Part shown: positions 28,004 through 41,829 of the stretch, one piece after another | Position numbering within the stretch: the stretch's first letter is position 1 | Layout: every line of letters begins with the position of its first letter | Source of the DNA: Nemertoderma westbladi | Taxonomy: Eukaryota; Animalia; Xenacoelomorpha | Assembly (NCBI GenBank): GCA_032718475.1 | Contig: JAUCBJ010001036.1 | Coordinates: 1 to 64,000 of the forward strand | DNA length: 64,000 nucleotides | Direction: 5' to 3' | Position numbers and translations under genes: made by a program | The notes under the pieces: model-generated | Seen by the model: only the letters and a program-made list of their open reading frames with translations | Database searches by the model: none | What the model was told of the DNA's origin: nothing

Positions 28004-31000
28004 TACTAGGATCGGCATGCTGCATTGCAGCTACATTTTTAAGAATGCTGTGCCGGCTTTTCGACAAAATTGCACCGCCACAACTGCCTATCGCCCATGA
28101 CATTTGCTAGATCATCAGCATCTTCAAGGCCAGTGTCCTTTAAGATGCGTCTCAAGAAAGTCATGGGCTGTCCACCATGCTTATTCACTCCATGAGGCTG
28201 CCCAAGTAGAAGATTATGCACTGGCTGGTCCTCACAGCGAAAGCAATGTCCTGCAAAGCAGAGGCGATTAGGTTCTAGTGTCAAGCTTGGGGGAACAAAT
28301 GAGACACCTCCAATGTTATATAGTGTCTGGTTGGAGATGTGTGCATTGTACTTGACACAATGAACCCGGCGTAGCATTCTTGTGAATGTGCCATCCACAG
28401 ATTTGGTGTCCTCAGCAGTTAGAGCCCAGCATGGACTCCCATAAAGGAGTACTGGAACTTCTGCTGATCTAAATAATCGGACCTTAAGTTTCCGATTAAT
28501 TCTCGGTGACTTCCAAATCCTGGAAAGCCTGTTCAAGGCTGCCCATGACTTTCCCTTACGTATTCGAAGGTCCTCTCCTGACTTCTGGATCCATGATCCC
28601 AGGTAACAGAAGTCGTCCACATACTCAAGCCACCATCCTTTGAGCTTATGCTCATCCGATCAGAGACTTACTGAGGACTTTCAAAGTTAACTGTAAAAAT
28701 GTTGGTCTTTCTAGAGTTAATAAAAAGACCAACACTAGAAGCAGCATGTTCTAATGAGCTGAGGAGCCGTTGGGCTCCCTCTAGTGATTCTGAGAGTACT
28801 CCTAAGTCATCAGCAAAGTCTAGATCAGTTAGGTACTTGGCAGGATTTCCTCGAATTCTGGAGCCAGTAGGTGGAGTTATCATCACCCCATCATCATTAT
28901 GATGATCTAAGGACATGCATAGAACATAGTCAACCACAATTATGAACAAGAATGGTGCAAGTGTGTCTCCCTGGAGGACGCCCCATAACACTTCAAATGG
29001 TTCTATCCTTCAACAGTAGACACAAATGTTGTCGAACCATCGTATACTGATCTGATTCCTGCAATAATTTCATCAGGAATCCCATATAATGAAAGTATGC
29101 TGAACATACATGACTGAGAGACTGAATCAAAGGCCTTGAAGAAGTCAACAAAGATAACAGCCAGATGCATGTCTTTCTTTTTTGATAACTCTTCAATTAT
29201 CCGTATAAGTGCCAAAATGGGCTCCATGGTCCAACGACCTTTACGGAACCCATTCTGATTTCCACGGAGCAATCTCTCAATGGGAACCCTGATGCGATTT
29301 AAAATAATTATATTGTATAGCTTTGCAGCAATCGAGATCAATGAGATTCCCCGAAAAGAACCATAGAGTGTTAGGTTGCCCTTCTTGGGAACTGGCACCA
29401 ACTTATTTGTTTTCATTTCTTGTGGGACTCTTGTTGTTCGGTACATGTCTACTATGATGGGATAGATGAGCTTTAAAAAGTCAGGTATTTTAAAGACCTC
29501 AGGGGGAACACCATCTAACTACTCCACTGGCACGATTGGTCTTAATGATCTTTGCAGCAGCCTTCACTTCTGCAAAGGAGATACCGCCAATGGGAATATC
29601 TGGGAGTACAGACTCAGACACTTTTACTTCTATAAAGTTATCAGGCAATACCCTGTCATTATTGAGGAGCTTTTCAAAGTGGGCCTGAGACGATTGGCTG
29701 GTGATTCAGCCTTAACCCTAGTGGTTGGTTGGCTTTTCCGAACAGTAAGTAAGTTGATCGATTTCCATGCCTGGGATGTTTGCCTGTTGTAGTCAGCATC
29801 ATTGATGGCATTAACCTGTTGGTTTATTAGCTCCTGTAGATTAATAGAGTACTGCCTACTCAGGGACCTAGATGCAGCCTTAACTGCATTCTTGGCCGTT
29901 GTAGTCTGTTTGAGTCGGGACTCTTTCTGCACCTTATAAAGGTCATTTCGGCACTTCTGAATTTTGTTGTCAGTCCAGGGGGCCCTTTTCCTGTTTCGAG
30001 GGTATACAGGAACTGTTTCTGCAGCTGCTAACTTAACTGCTTCTGTGGAGGCAGTATAGCCCTCACAGTGATCTGCTGCCTCAGAGGCAAGAACCTCATT
30101 CCTGTTGCTCAGCTGTAGTGTGAAGCTGGATCTCACACTTGGCTGTTGCAACAGAGAGGACCAGTCATGCCGCGGCAAGGCATTTCGTTGTTCTGCTACA
30201 GTCCCGCTCTCAAAAAGCATTCCTTTGATCAAACATTGATCAAACTTTGATCCAACATTGATCAAAGTTTGATCAAAATGTGTCCATAGAATATCATTGA
30301 AAGTAGCATTGACATTGAAATGACATTGATGGCATATTGAAATGACCTTGAAATCGATGGACCGAAATTCCAGACTTTCTGTCTCATATTGAAATGACAT
30401 TGAAATGATTTCAAAGTAACAGTTTACATCGCTCTTCTGCGGCATGCCTTTGAACTCAGATTCTCGCCGAGAACTGGCTTTTGTTAATGGCCAAGCCGCG
30501 ATGTGATTGACAGGGCGGTGGATGGAGCTGGCTTGACTTTGTGGATGGACAGTGATTGGATTTACAAGGCGGTGTTGTGGTAGTGTCCCATAAAGAAATA
30601 AATAAATCCAAGCGCTAGCGCCAGCGCACCCCCTAAAATACCTTCTAAAAATTTACGTAATTTAATTTTAATACGATAAGGTAATTTTATTGAAAACCTA
30701 ATTTGTTTTAAAGTAAACTATGGTATGTACATCATTAGTTACGTATTTTTTAATTCAGTTTAACGTATTGAAATTATAATTTTTTAAATATTAAAAATCA
30801 AATTGGGTTAGTAATACTTATTAAATTATGCTCATTCATTTTTAATTAATGGAGGGTTTTAACCATCCGGACGCGGCCGACAAACCACATTTTTGCTCAC
30901 AGGTCGTTGTAAGACAAAGGCATCAATATAACCCCAGAATTAAACTCCACACAGCACAGCCCATACCTGCCATTGCTTTCATTACGCCACATCGCCAAGT

Positions 31001-32496
31001 GGAGATTCAATTGCGAATTATTATAATCATTATTAGATTGACAACACAGTGTTGTGGTAGTGTACCAGTACCAGACTGAGTCTTGTAATAGGCCCCACTA
31101 ACAACTCCGGGCTACGTTCTGAAATACAGCCTCTGGAATATTATTAAATTATTTTCATTAGAAATTATTCACTAGAAAGCCAGTCTGTCAATTTAATCCT
31201 CCAGTATCAATTCCCGCGGGCTAATACAATTTATTTTCGGGCTAAGGATGCCCTGCCCACTGGCTAAGAAAGCTTGGGAGTAAACGATTCCCATTTTGCG
31301 GGCTGAGAATTCCCGCGGGCTAAGTCATCACCCAACCGAACATACAGTTGACTGTAACTGCTTTACTCGCATCTCTGTAACCACAACCCAAATGCTGTGA
31401 TTCACAGTATGCGATTTCACCGTGCTGTCACCGCAAGTGTATGAAGAACAGAGTGTGAGAACAGGCCCATTACTGGTACAGCTACAATTAGTTTCAAAAA
31501 AATTAATGTAAAACATCGAAAGGAGCAGGTTAAAGGGGTTGTGTTTTCTAACCAAATCAATAAACCAAAGTAGATTTCATCGATTTGCGCTGGAGAACTT
31601 TTTTATTTGCGACCAATTGGCGCCACTATAATGTAGATAATGTAGAAATTTTAATTAATATCGAGACAAATACAACGTCTGTTTAATTGTTTTTTGGCAA
31701 ACAGAAAAGTCCTCCATGTTGAAATTTTAGTTAGAAAGTTTAGTGTAATAAATTAGTTTAGTACACATTACTTACTACCTGCATAGTTCCTTTGCGACCA
31801 GGCCAGCTCAGTGCCAGGAGGCCAATCTATTTGGTTCGCGGCCTCTTGTGTATGGGTTAGTTGGCTGTCTAATTTCTTGGGAAGCCTTTAGTAAATTTCG
31901 AAATTTCGGGGAATTCCATTCCACAGCAGATAAATGGTTTTACATGCTGGGGCGGCATAAGCTAAGAGCCATTACAAATGCTATACCTTTACTTTGTTAG
32001 TGGTCTGTCGCTGGCGGCACCCCAAGCTAATAATATACAGCAAATAGCACTGAGACCGCTGATTCCTGTACTCCCTATGACATAATTTGTTGTGACTCAA
32101 ATAAATTATTTCTCCTTACAAGAAAGCAACGTATTCCCCACTTGTGGCCAGCCAGAAGGCGAAGGCCACAATGTCAACTGATATAATAATACCAAGGAAT
32201 ATTCTCATATTACCCCCCCCCCCCCCCCCCAAGGCCTTGGCCTTGGCCTTGACCTTGGTCTAGCCCTTGGCCAGCCAGGTTACAATGCGAAGCTTTCTGT
32301 TTAGAAAAATGCTTTTGTTTCAGAAAATTTGGAATGTGGATCTTTAATATATTTATATATTTTTTTCTCATTTCAACTGGAAAGGGTTTTTCAGTATGCT
32401 TTCACATGGCGATGGCCTCCCCCTCGCTCGGTTCCCCTAGTTGCCCCCCCCCCCCCCCATTATAATGTATTGTAGCCATCCACCCAACACATTGCG

Positions 32497-32779
32497 TGTA
32501 ATGGATTTCTTGTTTGAACCCAAAATTGTATTGGAAAAATAAATTGTTTTAGTCTAATTCACTCTAAATCTCGATTCATTGTAATATAATTTATAATGTA
32601 GAATATAACTTTAAACACAACCCAGTTTGTTAAGCTGAACAGCTGGTAGTGCACTGAGTAAGAGCCAAGAAACGCCCTTCACCAAATTACATGTATACTA
32701 TAACAAATTGCTCAATATTACTGCCAATTAAAATACTTATTGAATAAGGTAACTGTAAATTAGTACGAATTACATGACA
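32497..32779 (-). repeat. 3' LTR of the BEL/Pao element
   Basis: Direct repeat of 37191-37473; two substitutions seen by eye. Confidence 0.95.
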
Positions 32780-35700
32780 CTCCCCACTTTGTTCTCATAA
32801 GAGAACAAATAATAATATTGTATTGATAAATTGAATAAATCTTCAACTAAATTAGTAATTACAACAATAATTATGTTTAGTGCATGTGTAAAAAATTTAG
32901 CAATTGATATTTCCTAAGTACAGATTTAACATAATAACACACCAAAGTCACAAATCTTACTAAATATACTGTACATATCAAGCACCGATTCCTACGAAAG
33001 TAATTAGTTAATTTTCTTACAAATTTTGCATTTTTAAACAACACCTTTTTTTGAATTTTTTTTTTTTTAAACCTTTTATTTATTTATTTGAGTAACCTTT
33101 GCTGCTCGAGTTAGATATAGACGTGTACGGTTTGGATGAACGATGTTATGTTTATCTGATTGATTTGTCTTTATAACATTTTTATCATGTGGTTGTATGA
33201 TGTCCTTAGTTGATTTGACATCTTCACCGGCGTCTTTGTTTTCTAGGTTTATATTTTTTAATTCATCATCGTCTGTTATTTCCAATGGAATGATCTGTTT
33301 CACAGACCTTGTTAAGGACCTAGATTCTTTCTTTCTCTCGCATACTGTAATTTTCACTGCTCTGCATTTACCATCTCTACTAATTATCATCTCCTCCACA
33401 CGACATAATTTCCACATGCATCGTGGAAGCTGTCTGTCCACCAATAGACATATGTCCCCCTTTTTCGGAATCCTTGGGGATTTGGGATCTAAATTTCCTT
33501 TTCTGTGTTGCTCTCTTAACTCCATTATGTAATCTTCATTGAAACTACGCCAAAAAACATTAGCAGCTTCTTCTTGGCGCGTCAATCTTGTGGTTAGGCT
33601 ATAATTAGTTTGTTTTCTTTTGTTTAACCTTTTTGTTGTTTTAAGGGGCAGCACATAACCTGTGACCTACTAAGAAATGTGCTGGAGTTAAGCACTGATA
33701 GTTGTCACTGTTATCATCTGATACAAAGGTTAACGGACGACTATTCACTGAGGCTTCTACGGACACCATGAAGGTTTGCAATTCTTCATACGTCAAGATG
33801 TTTCGTCCGATAACCTTCTTCAAACACCCTTTTATGGTTCCTACTAAACGCTCGATGAAACCATAAGCTGCAGGATTTAAAGGAACATTGAACTCCCAAT
33901 CAATGCCTAATTTGCCAAACTCATCAATAACTGTTTTGTATTATTTGGACCTTTTGTATTGCTTCGATTTCTTTCCATGAATTTTTAAATGTCTTAGCAT
34001 TATCCGACAAGATTAGAGATGGTGTCCCTCTTCTACCTATAAATCTGTGGAATGCGGCTATGAATGATTGATGACTTAAATCATACACTAACTCTAAATG
34101 GATGGCGCAAACTATTGCGCAAACAAATAAACATATATATACCTTTTCTGTCGGAAGATTTGGAAGATTCATTGCCACTTTTGCATATGTTTCATCATCT
34201 TCTCTTACTTCAGTTTTATTCTTGGTTTGGTCAACCTTTGTTGAGCTAATTGATATGTCCTGCAACTGTGCTTGTAAATGGTCAGAGTTTGTTATCCATC
34301 TGCGGAGATTAAATCCACCTCGGCCAAGAATTTGTCTCGCTTCATTAACAACTTGAATACCTTATTCTACTGTTTCTGCTCCCGAATTCAAATCATCTAC
34401 ATATAACTCTCTTAATTTTTCTATCACCTGAAATTGGTTTTTATTTGCTTCTAAGAGTTAGACGAAAACGATAAAGGTTTCCAACCAAATTTGGAAGGCG
34501 ATTGGGACCGCAAATGAGACAATCATTTAATGACAAATCAGTGGGGTTGACTCGCGCTGAGGCATTATAAACTACTCTTAGTTTTGTTGACTCCTTTTCT
34601 TCTCTTAAGACCCCGTGGTGTGGAATGTAATGAACTCCTGAACTATTGTGTTCTACTTCCCCAACCTTCACCTTTTCTATGTACCCTTTCGCATAATGTT
34701 CTTTAATTACCTTGTCATAGCGATCCAAAAGCCCTAATTTCTGTAGCCGTTTAACTAATGATAACAATTGCTTGAAACACATATTGTAATGATCATGTAA
34801 TTGATCGGGATTCAGCTTCCATGGTAAACTGACTGAGTACATACCTTCTTCTAATGTACATGTTCCTATTATATTTGCTGATCGCTCACTATGGCACTCT
34901 TTTGGACAAATACCCATACTATCTAAAGACCAAAATGCTTTTAAAATTGTCGCTAGTACATCTGTTGAGTTGTTCTCGCTATTGTTAGAGGAATCGACCT
35001 CCAATGTTGAAACAAGCATGCACATATTACCTTGTTGTGAGTTATTTGCACATAATGCAATTTCATTGTTGTGTAATTGTCCGGTGTTTCCTGAAAGTAA
35101 CCAACCTACTCCAGAATCTAATGCAACAAGGCCGGTATTAGAGACTCTAATTGATCTTCCAGTTACTATTTCCCAGTAGAAATCACTTCCAACTAAGAGT
35201 TGAACCGGAAACACACATTCTTGTGTTGATTGTTTATACGAAGAATTCGCTAATTCTATTGATTCAAATGAAACTCGAATTTTTACATATGTTTCTAACG
35301 GAATGTTATTGTGTATTGGATTGCAAATTGTGTCTACTACCAATGCTGACATTGTAAATATCGAGTTGTCCTTCATAACTAGGGTAATTTGAGCTACATT
35401 TAGAGATGTAAATTCACCTTCCTTACCTCCAAATCCGTTTACACTAATACTTTCCTTTCCTATAATCGGTAAGTTGTTATCCTTCACAAACTTGTTGATA
35501 ACAAATGACTTTTGACTCCCGAAATCGAAAAATGTATTAGTTTTGCTTATACCATTGTGGTCTGTTTGGCAGTCAATAGTCGCGGTTTGAAGTAAGGCAT
35601 TTGAAGGTCTGGCGGTTGTATTGTACATATGTAATAACATAGCTGTAGTATCTTTATGCTCCACTCTGCAGAGTTCATCGTTTGATTGGTAAGGCGTTTG

Positions 35701-37190
35701 AGCCATTGTAGCTAACATGTTGTGTGTTGTATTTGATTTAAATGCTCCTGCATTTGTATTGTGTTGCAAACGAAAACAAATTGAGTTATGATGGCCTCAT
35801 TTTTTGCAGGTGTAGAACGGCTTTCTACGTGTGCAATCCTTTGCTTGATGTCCGGGAAGTAGACAATTGTAGCACAAATTCTTTTCATCGAGTGCAATTT
35901 TTCTTTGCGAAACTCCCTTGATAAGTTGGCAGTCAGTTGAAAAATGTAATTGACCGCAATATACATATTTCGGACAAAATGCGTTCGGTTTAGGTGTTGC
36001 TTGAGTTTGATAATGTTTCTGGGATGTAGATGTGGATTGGTTAGAACTTTAGTGACTTGGCCCTCTTTGTTGGTGTTCTGGGACTTTTACACCTATTGCT
36101 AAAGCTGCTGCTGTTGCCTTGTCGCCACCTTGCGGTTTAAATTATTTTTGTGCACCTTGAGTATTTGATTTATTTGTATTTGTGTTTGCGAATTCGGTCA
36201 TTGCCTCTTCGCTTGCTAACTGTAACCGAATTTGCTCCATTAACCATAACAAGTCATCTATATGATTATTTTGTTTTGCTAAAAGTTTTGCACCGAATTC
36301 GAAAGGTAATATACCCATAATATCAGGGATAACCGTAATTTGATATGACTCTGGTTTTGTGTTTAATGCTTCCAAAGCTCGTATTTGTGATTGGCAAGTA
36401 TCATACACCTGCCTTAATGTATACTTCCTACCATTAAATATGTGATTAATGTTCCTCAGTTTATCGATGTGTGCTTGTATGATACGACCTTTAGAACCGT
36501 ACCTATCTTGTAATAAATCCATTGCTACCTTATAATTTTCAGACGATATTGAAAGTCCCGTTACTACTTCTTTCGCTTCACCAATTAAACTTTGTATTAA
36601 ATGTTGTAGTTTAAATACGTCTGGTAATCCAGAATCATGAATTGCGGAGCGAAAAGAATCTCGCCACCCGCAATATTCTAATAAATTTACAGAAAATTTT
36701 GGAGGGGCTAATTTAGGTAACACAGATCTAGCATAATTACTACTATTAGCATAAAAACTACTTCTATGAGAGGGTAATTCAATTGCAGCACCACCGGTAT
36801 CTTGTTCTACTCTAGTTTCTGATAAAGTTGTTTCTGATAATGACAGTTGTAACTGAGTTATTGCGTTTGTGAGTTTAACCTAGTACGTCATTGATTGTTG
36901 TTGTTGATTATCTTCTTCGTCCATAATTGCCCAAATTGCAATGTCCATTTCGTCTAAGCGATTGACATAGCCTTGTAAGATTGACACCTGAGACATTTTT
37001 CTCCCGATATTGAAAGACTCCATATCGTCAGAGTCTTTAAGTGCGATTGTTGCTGCGGCTCGAACGCCGCCTCTTGAGCGAATTTTTCGGGATAACTCCT
37101 CAGCATCCGCCATTGTTTGTTGTGCGTATAGTACGCAATAATTAATTTAACACAAATACATGGTAAGAGTTTTTTTTATCGGGCGCCAAA

Positions 37191-37473
37191 TGTAATGGAT
37201 TTCTTGTTTGAACCCAAAATTGTATTGGAAAAATAAATTGTTTTAGTCTAATTCACTCTAAATCTCGATTCATTGTAATATAATTTATAATGCAGAATAT
37301 AACTTTAAACACAACCCAGTTTGTTAAGCTGAACAGCTGGTACTGCACTGAGTAAGAGCCAAGAAACGCCCTTCACCAAATTACATGTATACTATAACAA
37401 ATTGCTCAATATTACTGCCAATTAAAATACTTATTGAATAAGGTAACTGTAAATTAGTACGAATTACATGACA
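37191..37473 (-). repeat. 5' LTR of the BEL/Pao element
   Basis: Direct repeat of 32497-32779, followed on the - strand by the PBS. Confidence 0.95.
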
Positions 37474-38311
37474 TTGCGTAACTCAGAATTAAACTCCACA
37501 CAGCCCCTACCCGCCCTTGCTTTCATTACCACCACACCGCCAAGTGGAGATTCAATTGCGGCTGTTATTTTCTGATAATCACTGTAAATTATTAAAACCT
37601 AGGCGGTCCGGTTTAAATAACGGCTATAGCGTACAAACCTATGGTATGATATGGACGTGGTGTCCTGTGTGCTCTGCAGACATCCTACAGAGCACGAGCA
37701 TTACACACACAGGGGGAGCGAGAGAGAGAGAGAGGGCTGCTTGATTGACACACGGCTCAGTGGGAATCTAGACTTTGAAGTGCAGTGCCTTTGGTAGAAC
37801 TCAATGGCAGGATTTATAAGCCTGGTTCATTTCAATATTTGATCAAACTTTGATCAATGTTTGATTAATGTTTGATCAAAGTTTGATCAATGTTTGATCA
37901 AAGGAATGCTTTTTGAGAGTGGAACTGTAGCACGCCGACTAAGTCTTACCTTGGCCACAATAAGGCGGTGATCACTGGAGAAGGGTCGAAGTGTAAATGC
38001 ATTACAGTCTTGTATAGAGCTCCTGTATTTCCTACGAAACAGAATATGGTCTATCTGGGACTTGTGACCACTGGGTCCACTATGAGTCCATAGCTTTCCA
38101 GTTCGCTTCTTGAACTGGGTTCCAGCCGAAAACAATCCATTTCCAGATATAAAATCCTGAAGATGGACAGAATTTCGGTTAACACTATTGCTATAGACAC
38201 AGGGCGATGTAGGTGATTGATGCAGACTTGCATTAAAGTCTGCCAGGAATGTTAAGAATGCATGCTGATCCACTCCATCAGTAGCTGCTTGTAGATTGTG
38301 GTAGAACCCCA

Positions 38312-40250
38312 TTGTGCAATAAGCCCATTATTAGCAACATCAATATCATCAAGTGGCTGATTTAGCATTAAGGTTCTATAACGTTTGTCCAGAGGCAGAA
38401 AAGCAGCATCAGCGTTGTAAAGGTGTTGCTCAATAGCCTCATAGTAAGATGTTGTGAGTTTCAATTTGTCACCAACATTGGCCAACATTTGAGATATCTC
38501 TAAAGTGTTAGTAATCATGATACATCCAGTGGTGGTTATAGTGATCCTATGGGCTCTAAAATGAACAATAGCATACTGACAGAGAATTTCACCCAATTTG
38601 TCAAGATTCTTAATTTTCAACATAGCTTTTGTGTTTAGACATATGTTCTCATCTGTCTTTGACTTGAATCTGCAATTGATGTGCTGAAAGATTAAGGATT
38701 CAAGTAATTGTGAATGCAACAGTATTATATGAAGTGCACTTCCAAGGGTATTTAACCAGCGAACACCGACCTTTAGGACAGAGTTTTTGAGCTCTCGACC
38801 AGTCCAACTCAACTTGTTGGCTATCTTATAAATAAATCGCTGATCGTCATTAAAAACTGAAAGATCGGTGAATGTGCTATCATCCACAAGAGGCCAATTA
38901 TCGGGACGTCTTATTACACAATCGTCCTCAATATATTTGTAGAGATTTGAGCCACCAATGCAGTCATATAAATGGCGCATATTAAAGCACAATGTAAGTA
39001 TAGATCTAACAGTTCCACTTTAACGTTTGTCATCACTGGTTTAGTATCAAAGAACATTCTGATATAGTTTCTAACATGTGACCACAGATTGCTTCGTTAC
39101 TATGCACTCTACACATAATGACAAACATCTGGTTGTTAAATAGCGCAACCTGCTGCAAAGGCGTAATAGCACCTCCTATTTTACCAATTCCAGAGTTTAG
39201 AGAAGTTGTATCGGTACAAATTCCAATTAGTTTTTGAGATTCTAGGTCTGGTTTAAAAGATCTTGCCAGGTAAGACCCTAGTGTTCTCCCAGTATGTGGA
39301 ATGGGGAATTTCTCAATGTCATGAGGGACGTAAATAAATTTAGACTTGTTTAAATTTGATGCATGATATAGTGATACCTCATAGAGCTCTTTCCCATCAC
39401 AATGAGCGAAAAAAAGTTGTAGTCATGCTTGAGTTGAATTAAGCGATCTGAAACACCATCAGCAAGTTTCTTGCTGGCTCGATATAATGTACTATCACTG
39501 GGAACAAATTTATCTTCGGTATCAGTGAGTTTGGCATATTTTGCGAAAACCTCCTGTCCTCCCTCCGCACTTATACCATAACGAATCATAACAGCAGAAA
39601 CTGGTTGCCAGTTAATCTTTCTAGAAGATCGATTGGACGAGGTGGATGATGGGGTTTTTTCTGGTATATAATCTGAGTCTGCCTCTAAGCTGGGAGTAAT
39701 GGGTGTTGTTATATTGGAAATAGAAGCTTCACCATCACCATCATCATCTAACACCGTGAAACTTGTAGATGTAGAAGGTGACAAATTATTATATGATCTT
39801 TCGACTCTAGTTGATATGTGAGCATTGGCTGTAGCTCTTTTTGCACTGCGTTTCCATGCAGATATGTCAATAGAAGTCATGCCACCACCTTTTCCTGATT
39901 GATGATTAGTGTACCACATTAGATCTTCTTTCAGAACCCATTTAGGTTGTGAGGCTGCCTTGAATGATATTGGAGAATCACAACTTTCCAGAAAGTTACT
40001 TTTTTTTATGCCTAATATGATTTTGAAATTCTTTAGAGTAGTATGCGAGATTCGTATCTTACTATTTGTATTAGTGATACACTGTATTCTATATTCTTTA
40101 TACAATGTCTGAACTTCCTGAGAGAGACGATTTATTGAGTCATGTAGATTTGAATCTTCATGTATAAAAAATGCTAAACGTTTAAGAATTATTCGGTTCG
40201 AATGAGCCTAATTTTATGACCATGTGACCTCAAGAAGTCGAGTGAGCATA
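38312..40250 (-). mobile_element. Degenerate hAT-superfamily (hATm-like) transposase
   Basis: Minus-strand translation gives GICTDTTSLNSG...GGA...CRVHSNE (DTT.N.G and CxxH motifs, ~39090-39230), DDQRFIY and RWL.T. Broken by frameshifts. Confidence 0.65.
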
Positions 40251-41829
40251 TTTTTCCATCCTCATACCTTTCACGGCAGCCGCGGAATATAATAGATTTG
40301 AAAATTACTGGTGGGTGTTTGCGCTTTTAGTAAATTATGTTCTTTCACTCTCAAATTTCATATATTTTGACTCTTTTCTGTTACTTAATAAACCATGCAA
40401 AAATGAAGGCAAGATGTCCGGTCTGATACAATAAACGGGATTGCGCTAGTGTACCTGTCAACAAGGGCCGCTCACTGTATCTGTTTATTTGCCCCTTTTT
40501 CCCTTCGATGCATTGATTTGCTCTATATTTCACTTAGTTCAATACGGTATTTGATTATCTATTGTATTTAACTGAGATCCTATACCGGGAGGGTGTGACA
40601 ACAAAGTATAACAAGCAAATGACTGACCAATTAATTCTGTAAGAACTCAAGTCTGGTGATTGTGTTTCCCTTTAGGGGAAACGTATAGAGACAAGTCTTC
40701 GGGTCTAATTATATTGATATCGCTACAGTATTCAATTTGTGACAACTCTCAATCGTGATGTAATTAATAATGAGAGCTTTGCTTACATTAATGGTCTAAA
40801 ATATCGCCATATATTAATTATTTAGTAAGTCAGAGATATGACAACACACAAATCTGATACAATTGTCCAGATTATCACTGATACTTAGTTACAGCAACCC
40901 ACCTGTTGTGGCGCGTGTAAAACCTCCTTGATTACATAATATCGGCGATATATTAAGCAAATAATAAAGATAAATTGAATAAAGCAGTAGAATATACAAT
41001 GTAGTGATGAATAATTATAATTCAATTATTAACTCTTTAAATTTAGACCTTAGGCCTGTAATAACCACCAGTCAATTAAACTTGACTGGGGACAAAAGCC
41101 TCTGCATGGGCAGTACAACTTATTCTGTCAAACAATAACAAAAAGAGAGTAAAATCAATCATAGCACAACCACACTTATATACTAGCTTTATCGGCAAGG
41201 AGCATAGCCAATAAGCATCACGTATTCCATTTGAGGTTTAGTAGGCCTTTACAGTAGAAATTAGATCGAATATAGGTGTAATAGCACTAGATGGCGTAAG
41301 AACCTTTACTAAAGAATAATTTGTAAGAAACAATTCAATATGATACCGTAACTGTTATCAATATATATACAGTATTTTGGGAAAATTGTTAAAATAAGTA
41401 ATTTTAAAGGCAGGATTTATACCTGCAGCAACACCGCTTCCATTCATTTAGCTACAAGGGTGTTAAAGTCAAGGCAGAAGTTCAAATTCGTACATAAAAA
41501 ATAATCTAATTACCTGGACTTGGGTCATTTCAACACTAATTTTAGATTTTTAAAAACAGGAAAAGGTTAGTGAGCATTGCTTTTTAGTTTATTGGATATT
41601 CATGTCTCATATAAATTTTATTTAGCTATTTTAATGTGAAAAGCCAAAAGTTATAACAGTTCAAAATTTCATGTCAAAAAAATGTGATTCCTTCATCCAT
41701 ACAATACCAAGATGATTTTGTATTAAAATATCTTATTTAGATATGTTGAAGAAGTATTTTTTGGGTTTTTACCAATGTCCTCATTATCCATGCATCTTTG
41801 GTGACCACTTTCACTCGCAGGCGACCTGG

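Larger units (their letters stand above)
32497..37473 (-). mobile_element. BEL/Pao LTR retrotransposon, internally deleted and frameshifted
   Basis: 283-bp TG..CA LTRs, 5-bp duplication TTGCG, PBS TGGCGCCCGA next to the 5' LTR, PPT GTGGGGAG. Gag (LPKL..PKFS, 36142-36723), protease (DFGSQKSF), RT remnants (YIPHHGV, KLRVVYNAS, SLNDCL..GP, YVDD) and integrase (HLELV, SDNAKTF, VNSRPLT, LTPAHFL). Confidence 0.95.
30199..37927. mobile_element. Non-autonomous TIR DNA transposon with TA duplication (about 2.7 kb without the nested BEL element; superfamily uncertain)
   Basis: Termini CAGTCCCGCTCTCAAAAAGCATTCCTTTGATCAAAC... and ...GTTTGATCAAAGGAATGCTTTTTGAGAGTGGAACTG. TA at 30197-30198 and 37928-37929. 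11-bp TTGATCAAA subterminal repeats. Confidence 0.85.
28004..38311 (-). mobile_element. RTE LINE family B copy, split into 28004-30198 and 37928-38311
   Basis: Endonuclease end (ADFNA, SQIDHIL, SSDHRLI) at 37930-38310; RT (FRGISL, QNGFR, FVDF.KAFD, GVLQGDTLAP, DFADD, YLGS) at 28039-29500. TAGTA tail; 6-bp duplication TTGTGC at 27998-28003 and 38312-38317. Confidence 0.9.
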
